Below, piece by piece: positions 39,101 to 49,398 of a stretch of DNA of 64,000 nt (its first letter is position 1; each line of letters starts with the position of its first letter). Position numbers and translations under genes: made by a program. This DNA comes from Balanoglossus misakiensis. Lineage: Eukaryota > Animalia > Hemichordata. The DNA is taken from NCBI GenBank assembly GCA_040954595.2, contig CM082594.2, forward strand, positions 3,085,319 to 3,149,318, written 5' to 3'. The notes below the pieces were generated by a model. The model was not told where the DNA came from. It was given only the letters and a program-made list of their open reading frames with translations, and did no database searches.

Positions 39101-40257
39101 ACGCAGGAATTTGTTGACATAAACAAGTGATTGACATGTTTGTTTTCTGAGTCGTGTGCAAAATAATCAGTCGATATAGAAATAGCTCTGTGTTTCGAGT
39201 GGCAAAAATACCGGGAGAATTCGCCGAAGACAAAGTGAAAGCAGTCAACACTATAAGCACCGTATGAATACTCAGCAAATTTACCGTTACAGGCAATTAT
39301 CTAATTTAGGTATGAAATATTAGCATTTTACACGTTAACGCTTAGTGAACACGCGCTCATTTATTTTGGGTTTTGCATATTCATTACTTAATTGTGACAA
39401 AGTCATGCCTTGCCGTAGAATATATTGATGATAATACAAGACTTACTTTTCCCACGGGTTTTCATCTCTTGTGTCATGACATCGAATACCACATACTTTC
39501 CAGGCAATTTTGAGACTTTTTCCCAGGTATCTAGTGGTTCCAGGGACCCATCTGACGACTGAAGGAATAACTGTATTTCGCTTCCTTGCGCCTGAATGTG
39601 TTCACGTTCTTCACTCGACAGTGGGAATTCGCCCAATTTCGATGAGATTATATCCGACAAATCACAAACGTCGTCATCTATGCCACATCTGATCTTCATG
39701 GGGTTGATCGATTTAATGTACTTGACTCTGATTTCTTGCTCTAAACGGTAAAATCATGTTATAATTTCAGTTTGCATTTATCGCAACGAACTATATTTAT
39801 CAAATCTAGCTATTTCTATAGAACCACAAAAAATCTGCGTTTTTTACTGTTTGAATGGTTCAGTTATAGGCGATTAAAATGGACGGGTATTTGGGACAAT
39901 ATTTCAAATAATTTGGGCTTTCTATGCAGTCATTGTGCTTGTCTATGAATAAATGTGTCATGCATGCATGACCAACTTACTTTCAAGGGGTTGGTGATTG
40001 AATTCCACCAAATAGTCATTGTCGCTCAGTGTTGCGATGCGCTCAAAGAACTCCAATTTTTTCTTGCGATCGGAGAGCGGTTGGTAGAGCTCCAGTTTGT
40101 TCAGATTTATGTCGTCAGGACTGATGTCAAACCGTTTGGCGTTCTTCTGTAGTGTGGCCGCTAGATGGCTGATTTTATCTGCTTTGTTGCACTCTATGGG
40201 TAGCGCGTTACCCCCGCGACAGTCCCTCACGTGGACTGAAATCCGATCGCTTGCCAT
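33174..40257 (-). CDS. Gene B2: three ubiquitin-like modules + IFI44-like P-loop GTPase, 529 aa, 6 exons
   Basis: Exons 40257-39981, 39740-39447, 37235-36936, 36636-36545, 33930-33546, 33415-33174; open frame; intron 5 is GC-AG. GAPAHGKSS, DVPG, ILRGEFP, THVD, PISN and SMLKQML recall the IFI44/IFI44L C-terminal domain. Confidence 0.85.
34141..35390 (+). mobile_element. Helentron-type non-autonomous element (HINE-like) with (ATGT)n microsatellite, B2 intron 4
   Basis: T-run target; 5' GGTCCCAT...ATGGGACC palindrome; microsatellite 34192-34295; 3' ATGGGACC plus hairpin AGTGTC-CTT-GACGCT. Confidence 0.6.
37689..39255. repeat. Tandem array of four ~187-bp units in B2 intron 2, interrupted by a MITE
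   Basis: CTGTACTTA.GAAGAGTTCGCG recurs at 37689, 37876, about 38862 and about 39049; reverse-complement homologs at 40630-40915 and 22190-22485. Confidence 0.85.
38060..38854. mobile_element. Non-autonomous TTAA-targeting DNA transposon (Kolobok-like), 795 bp
   Basis: TTAA duplicated on both sides, splitting a repeat unit. TIR GATGGGTCCCTAGGATCTTTTTGC... extends imperfectly about 140 bp; RR...YY termini. Confidence 0.8.
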
Positions 40258-41120
40258 AGCTGAGCTATACATGTAGTTTCCACCAAACAACAAAAATGGT
40301 ACAAATGTACGCGGCTTCTCGGTACTGCCAGGTATACTGCTACAGATCTGGTCAGGTGAACGGTTCAGTAGTCGTAGTTTTTTATTTGCATTTTAACCTT
40401 TGAACTGGGAGGAGACTGTACACGCTGTTGTGTCATGCCAGCAGTTTCAAAGTTGAGCCCTGTGTATTAAACACACGGACTACTGCGAGTTTGAAGGTGC
40501 TAATCCTCTATGTGATTATATCTTGTATAAATCTACGACAGCTCTACATTTCGTTGTGCATTTGTATCTTTAAGTATTTGTCTTCGTTGACAGGTAAGGA
40601 TCGACCAATATATGTAAAATGATAATAGTGGATTCTTAGTGCTGACTGCTTTCATTTTGTCTTCGGCGAATTCTCTTGTGTTTTCGCTACTCGAAACACT
40701 GAGCTCTTTCGATTGATTTTTTGCACACGACTCAGGTAACAAACACTCCAATCAATTACCGATGTCAACAAATTCCTGCGTCGCATGCTTTGATTGACCT
40801 CGCCACAAGGACGCGAACTCTTCGTGCAAATTCTCTCGTGTTGTTGCTACTCGAACCATAGACATCTTGCGATATCGACTGATTTTTTGCACATGACTAA
40901 GGTAACAAACACGTCAATGAATAACTAGTTTAGTGGTGATAAAGACAAAAACAATCTTTCCACAGTTTCTTTTTTTCAAATAGTGTAGTCGGAATTCATT
41001 TTGGTGTTTTATAGTTGTTATTTGGTGGGTGAGATTATCTCTATTGGCGGCCATTTTGAAAAAAAATGGTTGCCATAGATATCTTTTAACATATTTTTCT
41101 TGGCTCTTACACACCAGACA
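40258..41120. promoter_or_regulatory. Putative bidirectional promoter between divergent B2 and A3
   Basis: 863 bp between the two start codons; conserved at 21906-22682; YY1-like GGCGGCCATTTT about 70 bp upstream of the gene A ATG. TSSs not determinable. Confidence 0.5.
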
Positions 41121-44100
41121 ATGGAGCAGCATGTCCTCGTTTACACGAAACTCGAGTCATTTCATCAGGCCCACGATATTGTGAAAGACCAACTCAAAGC
41201 GATCCTGGGTGACATGAAATGCATCGTCGACACGTACACCAGGGATTCGTCTCGGCAGAGGAACGAGCAGTTTAGCGCCGTGACGCCTGTTGTGGTTTTG
41301 GACACAAGGCAAACGAGGGTCCTTCTGACTCCAACCGACAGGGACCGATCGGTTGATCACTGGGATGATCTCAGAGAACTGTCCACGACCATATCAAAGC
41401 CTCGAGGTAGGTCATATATGCTTCAACCATGCGCAGTGTTAAGAGCACCAATTGAAATACATTGCTCGAAATTTGCAGTAGTCACATGCCAACTGACTAC
41501 TAATTGCTCCTTACTGACTACTAACTTTACAAAATGGTAATCACCACTGACTACAAGTAGGTGCAGCCATCTCAGCTGTGTTATTGAATAGGTAGAAAAT
41601 TGCCCTGACATGTGTCAATGCTGTATTACTGTCAGGCGTATACATGTTGCTGAAAAAATCTACAGTGAACTCCTTTGATTCCACAAGAATATATTCAAAG
41701 AAATTCTGACTACCAAATTTGCGTAGCTGACTACCAATGTATACATGTGGTAGTCACAACTGACTACCAAGGTAAAATGTTAATTTCGAGCCCTAGAAAT
41801 AAACCACAAACATAGGTTGTAACACCTGCCCAGGCCCAGCACCGGCGCTACACCGCCACAAACTATCCAGTCTGAATCTCGGCCTTACTGTTTAGTATAA
41901 ACAATAATGTGAATGGCTGACAACAATCTGCTTGCTATCTTGCATCTAAGTGGTGGAAACAACCACTCAAAGGCAAATGCGGTGTATATATCAAATGTTC
42001 AACCATGGAGATAATATTATGAGAGCCATACAAATATACCTGATTGGCGTAGTCAAGTTAACTGGTATTGGTAGAAGTGGCTCAGCAATATAAATCTGCA
42101 AATTGTTGTATATTCATGTGAGTGTGAGTACAGAGAGCAAGTATCTTCGTTTTTAAAGTTCGTAATACGCGTCCATTGATTTTAGACATTGAGATTTGAG
42201 ATTCGCAGAACAGGCCTTGGTATTTTCAATTTAACAGCAATAAATAAGTTCGTTGCGAATTATTTTTAACCAGTAACCTGCCTCTAATTTACAGGTTCCT
42301 TTCTCGTCGTCTTTTATGGGGACAGGAAATCAGAAAATTTAGGAGAGGGAAACATTGTTTCTGACCACTTTCTGAAAATCTGGTCGTACAGGGATAGATT
42401 CGCAGAATGCCTTGCAGCGAAGGGAAGATGTTTTTCTCTCTGGCAAGAATTCAATGCAACTCAAAAGTCTGACTTGAGAAGATATTTCGAAGAAATTGTC
42501 GTTTTGCCCAGAATGGTGTACGAATGCAACCTATTGGTAATTGGGAACGACAGTCAATGTAAACAATATAAGGAATATTTGGAATCTCACACGCTACTGT
42601 TCCAGACAGAGGATTTCGACACAAAATCCCATCTCATCGAAGGGCGTAATACGATGCACTTTCCCAACACAAAGGACCAAAAAGTCAAGAACATCCTAAC
42701 GACTTTCTATGACAAAACAAACACTTGGTCAAAGACAGAGATCTGCAAGATAGGTACAAACTATGCGGCATTGTATCAGCTGGTAAGTCGGATTCCTTCA
42801 TCCAATCAGAGCTCCTGGTCAAGGATGTTCGGGTCGAAATCAAAGTGCAACCGGCTGATTTGGTTCTGCCATTGCAGGAAATGTATGGATACAATTGCAG
42901 ACATCAACAAGCAATGTGAGTTTATATGTTTTTTCTCTTTTTGTTGTAGTCTTCACTGTAGTATATTACCACAGTATTTTCGTGCACAAGGATTAAAATA
43001 CACTCACACAGGTCCTATTGCTACTCCTAACTCGAAACAGGAAGTGCGATTGTTTGGAGGAAAGCATTTAAAGTGCGGCGATCGTCTTATGCTCATGTGC
43101 CAAACCAGAGACTCTGGGTACAAAAATGGTTTACATTCATAAGGCAATGTGTTGTTCTAACAACATACAAAATGATATAATCTGTGTCGGAGATCGGGAA
43201 AAAACATTGGGTGGAAAGAAGGGACAAAACTAAAGTCTACTTATATGGTGCGTATTAAATAGGGAAAGAAGCGAAGGCAGTCCACTATTTGAATACGTCA
43301 AATGCAAAACTTGCAGCAGAACATTTGGATTGGATGTATGTATACACGAAATCACGCACATGCGCATAAGACGATCACCTTTGACATACCATTTCTTAAA
43401 ACTATTACTACAGTGAGTTGTCGACCTTTTCCCCATAATGAGATTATGATTTGATTTTACCCCTTAGCAGGAAGTAAACATCTATTTAAGGCAATCAGAA
43501 ATGTTGAATATAGAAGCCCATAATGACAAAAGCGTTCATACGAAATTATCGAGGAGCAAAATTTGCATGTTCAACTATAGGTATAGAGAAAAACAACCTT
43601 CTCATGTAAATGTTGTCATTTGCTTTTCTTTGTACAGTACGAAGTATATGTTTGTTGCCCATGATCGAAGAATCATGCACAGATGAATCGCTGTATGAAA
43701 GACTGCAGGAATACCTATTACAACTTATGAAGGACGATCACAATGAATTCAGCGACAGAAAGCCGGCAGAATTACGTGCTAGATATGGAGATAAATGGTT
43801 CTTAAGGTTGTACTCTGCTTATGCGGCAAACATTTCTGATATAAGTAAGTGTACCATTTTTTTAATGTTACGCTGGTCTTTTATTTGTTCAGTTTTTATA
43901 TTTGCCGTTCATTTTCAAAGTTCAGAGGTTATTCTTCCTAGCCAAGGTGAAATGCGGCTGATATTTTCTTTATGTAATTTCAGGCAAACAGAAGACGCTG
44001 AATGAACGCTTACAGGATCGCATAGAACAAGACGAATTTGCACTTCTAATGGGCGGATACGGTCATCGTAAGTTTTCTTGTCCAAGTTACTAATATAACT

Positions 44101-45439
44101 GTCGGAGTTTTGCATTTATCTCCGTGAATACTTTCTTCTAAGATAAAACATTTTTTTAACTTTTACTTCACCCAAGTAATGGCTACTTGGCACGATTAAA
44201 AATGGACGCCATTACGTCATGCAGCAACATTTCTATTATTCACTTCATTAACAACGGACAGAACAAACGCAGTTACAACACTATATAACATTGCTCAAAA
44301 CAGTTTTAGACAAAAAAATACTCATACACAAAAGCACGCGGTAGACGTGATTTTTTGATCATGAATTAGTAGAAAACATCACGTCCACGTCCGTTTATCA
44401 CTAAATGTCTTCAATAAAGCTGAGGTTGGCATCATTCATTCTACTGAAGCAATCAACTGTTTATAATTATCATCTGACCACGGTATTATAGTCTTCGTTG
44501 AATTGATAAAACTCAGAACTATCTACGGCTATAAAATCAGTTCAAAGATAGTGAAAGATGTGGGTGTTTTGAAATTGGCATGGCAATTGGTTTAAAGAAA
44601 TATTTTAAATCAGAATGCAACAGAAGCAACTTGAATTTCTAGTAGATAGTAGATAGTAGATTGTTTTATCATGTAATACAAATACATATCGTAACTTTAA
44701 TCGTCCTTGTTTTGCAGATGATGCAACTGTTGCTACTGTCATACCTCCCGGACCAATGTGTCGTCCACCTTTGCAACATCAACAACCCCCAACACAACAT
44801 TCCAATATAACTCCAAAACAATTAGGTTATCAACAGGACCAACAGCAGAAGTACCAGCAGCAGCAACAACAACAACAACCAGTTCATCCACAGCGACAAC
44901 AACAGTACCACCAGCAGCAGCAGCAGCAGCAGCAACAACAACAACAACAGAAACAACAACAACAACAGCAACAGCGTCAACTTCATCCACAGCAACAAGA
45001 TGACCAAGCCCCAACGCACATAAATGTTCAACAGCAGCCTGAACGCCCACAGGGTCCGCAACAAATGGCACCGTTACTCCGAGACCTTGCTACCGATGCG
45101 TCGACTCGCACTGACGGAACAACACCACCCCCTGATATTCAATGTCAACTTGAAGGAATCAAGAAGAATCAGAGCGACATACTGTTGAGACTGGACGGCA
45201 TCGAGCGACAGCAGAGCAAGACCAACGAACGGATGAACGAAATTGCAAACCGATTCGAATGTTTGGATGCGATTCTACAAAAAATTGAAGATGTCGAAAG
45301 GAGGCAGCCAACACAGCCTGAACTATCGGGGCAACTGAGATCCGTTGACCTCAATGCTGCACTGCAAAAGGGGCCAACACGGGCTCAGGCGTCCCCAGAG
45401 ACTTTAGAGGCAACATCGGAGAACACAATGGAACTATAG
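41121..45439 (+). CDS. Gene A copy 3 (A3): uncharacterised protein, 639 aa, 5 exons, short poly-Q plus coiled-coil-like segment
   Basis: Exons 41121-41406, 42295-42915, 43638-43844, 43984-44067, 44718-45439; GT-AG, phase 1, open frame. A 2-nt TA insertion makes a stop at 45437, ahead of the ancestral stop at 45636. Confidence 0.75.
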
Positions 45440-47828
45440 CCAAGCAGATTGAAGTGTCAGACGCGGGGAGCTTCCAAAACTGCGAGGAGAACGCCATGCG
45501 CGGGGAGTTGGCAGAACCATCGATGGTGTCCACAAGTGATCAACGTCACCAAGAAAAGCACGCTGTTCAAGAAATTGAGTCTTCAGCAAGTGAGGCCGAC
45601 CAAATACCTGGAGGGGTCACAGGTCAGACCGTTTGACCTGTCAGTGAATGAGGCCTGACATACCAGAGGTGATACATGAGAATGTTGGAACAAATGGGAA
45701 CCAGACTGAACACTTTGTCTCTTCGAACTCTGATGTATAATGCAATGTTCAATTTTAATTGAACTACATGTGGAGGGCCTGTACAAAGAATGCTGGTGGG
45801 ATGTAGTACAAAGGGGTATGAATTATGATTGAAAGGGGCAAATGAGTTTTCAATTTTACTTAATGGAAGAAAATCCCCAATTTCAAATATTTTATCAGAT
45901 ATTTTCTCTTTTCAAAACAATAGAGCAAATGCCCAATATCAGACAAATTTTAACATTGAACATGCATGGAATTTAGTGATTTGGTTACAAGTTTTACTTG
46001 TAGGACATTAGCTGAAGTTTTGGCTTTGTTTTAATTTTGTGTACCAAATGCTATGTTTTGCTCTACTCCAAACAGCATGTATAGCATTTGACGGGCATAC
46101 TTATTTTAGCTGGTAAAGATTTTACAACTTTAAATCAATAGGTACAATTTTCACTAAAGGGCTGCAAACGTACCCTGGACATGCCAAAGTCACCAAAAGA
46201 ACCAATTAACCCTGGCATTTTACAGCTCTAGTCTTGCGTTGGGCATGGGACAATCTAGTTATTTAGCAGATTGTGTCTTCTGTGTATGTGTCTTGTTTTG
46301 TTTGCTGGGTTTACGCGAATTAACGAATCACTTGTTGTGAAATTGAATGATATTACTCTTACTAACATATTCAAATATGGAAAGTACAGTTTCCAAGCGT
46401 AGCGTAGAGAAGGTCACACAGGTGTTATACCAATATCAGGCATTTTATGCTTAGGGGTAACTTGTGAATCAGGTTATGTGTTTATTCGCCGTTAACGTCA
46501 CATGAAGAATGAGTTAATACCTCATAAAATATCGGTACACAGTGACTACTGCAACAAAAAACAAAACTCATCCTTCATTTGTTTCATTATCGAAACTGCA
46601 TTTTAAACGGTATTCATTGTGTCGAGTGTGCTATGAAGAAGTACAACGTCGACGACGTTCTCCTCCCGAATATCGATGATTTATTGAGTCAACCAGTATA
46701 ATTATAATAACAGGCACTAACTAATTTGAAAAAAGACAAGCTGTTTAAAATATTACAATCAAAATTAATCCACAGTGTCACGCACAAGACTGTCAATCAG
46801 TGATTTTTCCACATTCAAATGTTGAGTGAAGTATTCAAATGCAAAAATTCGATTCAAACGTAAATTTACAGTTCAGGGAGTGGTAAATATTTTCTCCAAT
46901 GTGATAGACAGAAACCCGAAAATGACATTTCAGGCAAAATTACTGATTAACATGCGCATTCCCGCAGACACATATTGCCGCGATGTTTGACGTCTTAATC
47001 AGTTAATTATTGAGATATACGTGTTTTCTTTGCTTTCTACAGTATACACATCCTGAAACTGTGTTACGTAGATACTGAGATTTTCCGCATTTGTTTACAG
47101 CAAACAGCCAATTATGAACGCTCCTGAGAGATAACAGAGTGAAAGTTGCCTTTGATAACTTGGATGTGGAATGCGCCCAGAAAATCGAAGTCTCTCATAT
47201 TTTGCTCAAGGCAACTTTAGTAGTTTCTCTCCTACAATTGAGCGTAAAGAATGGGGATCACCATGCAACATTTTGAATGAGAGAGTAAAATTGTGCCAAA
47301 TTGTCTCAAATTCAACATTCAACATGGCCGCCGACTACTGTGTTAGATCTATTATATAAGGTAATTCAAAAGTAGCGACAGGGACAGAACCAAGCTGGTC
47401 AACCGTTTTTTTCTTCTTTAATTTCAAAGTGACCCATACGCTTTAATAGAATTTACACGCTGTAACAAATAATTGGGAGGTTTAGGAACTAATTATTATT
47501 TTACTGAAAATCTGTCACCAAGGTGTATTTCTTTATCTCTATAAAAAGGCGCACAAATGTATTGGCGATATCTCGAAATAAAGAGTGTAAGATGTAAAAG
47601 TCTAAAACTTCTTTTTTCGTGACAATTAAGCTTTACAGCTATCGGGACATTGAATTTGGGGTAAAGTGGATCGTGTCGTGTGTCCTCTAGTGTAAATAAT
47701 CTTTACTTCAGATTTACTTGAATATAATTTATAATTTCTATATCAACACATTGAATGGATTGAAATCCAACAAATGTAGTAACGTGAGAACACCACATTA
47801 AATCTTCCGTAGTCGAAAACATACATTA

Positions 47829-48124
47829 GGCCCAACAATAATATGTGCTGTTCCGATTTCATGGTTTTCAAAAATAAGGTAGGTAGGGAATTTGTTTTAT
47901 TTTGCTGTTTTTATTTCTCTGGCCGCCGTAGTGTAGAAGAATGACGTCACGGTTCTTGCGTGATGCACGCGATTTCGTCATATTTCGCGCAATTTTCATA
48001 AATTTTGTATATTTGATATTATTTTTACTGTCGGGTTTACGAAGCTCTAAAAAATTTAGGGTCGGCGGGTAAAAATAAGGTTGGTCGGGTAATCGGAACA
48101 TCACATTTTTTTTTTATTTTGGCC
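47829..48124. mobile_element. PIF/Harbinger-type MITE
   Basis: GGCC...GGCC termini, TTA on both sides, ATGTG.TGTTCCGATT subterminal inverted repeat; three copies in the window. Confidence 0.65.
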
Positions 48125-48422
48125 TTAGTTAAAAATCTTCACAAACATTAACTATGTGTCAGTTTATATATATTTGTTTAATCAGATGTGGCTTGATTCT
48201 GCTTGACAGATGATTCAGTTAAGTTTATCTGAAAAAAAATATGGAGACACAGTTAACAAAAGGTTCATAGCGATACATAGTGAAATGCAAAGTCTAGATA
48301 TTAAATTAAAGAGGACTGTCTATAAATTTATCTATTAATGACATTGCGTTAAACTTCCATTCGTTGTACACGTCACTGGTTGCACTAACGTTTGTGTGGA
48401 TAACAACGACATTGAATCTGAT

Positions 48423-48590
48423 GATTATATTATTGACCAAGTGAAATTGACCATGGATTTACAGATTGGATAGAGATTTTTATATTATTGACCAAGTGAA
48501 ATTGACCATGGATTTACAGATTGGATAGAGATGATTATATTATTGACCAAGTGAAATTGACTATGGATTTACAGATTGGATAGAGATTTT
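48423..48590. repeat. Minisatellite, three ~55-bp units
   Basis: TATTATTGACCAAGTGAAATTGAC.ATGGATTTACAGATTGGATAGAGA repeated three times. Confidence 0.9.
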
Positions 48591-48727
48591 TATCACTGAT
48601 TTTTTTGCACATTCTCATTAGTCATAGGCGCAATGTGGAATTCCATTTTCGAGCTTGACTAATCAGTTCCGCCAATTCGTAACGGATTCAGTGGAATAAA
48701 TATTTGATTTTTGCCTGCTTTACTAGG

Positions 48728-48835
48728 TATGAAAGCCCGTTAGGGACATTTCGTAAAGCAAATATATTTTTTTATCTCGTGCGCACGAGATAAAAAAATA
48801 TTTGCTTTACGAAATGTCCCTAACGGGCTTTCATA
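48728..48835. repeat. Near-perfect ~108-bp palindrome
   Basis: TATGAAAGCCCGTTAGGGACATTTCG...CTCGTGCGCACGAG...CGAAATGTCCCTAACGGGCTTTCATA. Confidence 0.9.
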
Positions 48836-49398
48836 ACTAGGTGACCTCCTTCGGCTTAAATTTCGACTCTTACGAACCACGTCTTTTGTAAAGTCCAAGA
48901 ATGGGTGCAATAGATTTGTGTTTGTCCCCAATGTGTTTTGCCTTCAAACTCTACAACACAGCCTTATGTAATTCTCAATACAGGCATAAATGATACTTAT
49001 CATAAAACATGGCACCACTGTGAATGTCATGGAAATTAATGTCTTATATCATCAACATTGTTTGCAAAATGTAGCCTGTAAGGGTACGGGCAATTTGATA
49101 TCAACGAAAATAAGTTTGTACACTTGAATTTAGCTTACTAGTATTGGGTCATCATTTCCAGACCCAGGATCAAGATTACCACGAGTTATTTCCTTGGCGA
49201 GATAACTGTTGTTCTTTCTAGGTGAGCGTCTGATCCTGCAAACAATTGCCAGCAATTTGTGAGGCAGTACTCCGCACCATTTTGAAATTAATTCTTATCA
49301 TGATACATTTTCTGTAGAGCTACCACTTTTTGCATTTTTTTCATGACTTTATTTTCCAACTTAAATTGTTCTATCTGAATAAGCTTACTGATAGGTAT

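Noticed and set aside
37689-39255. Regularly spaced repeats as a possible CRISPR array
   Set aside because: Units are ~187-bp head-to-tail repeats without unique spacers, inside a spliceosomal intron; no cas genes.
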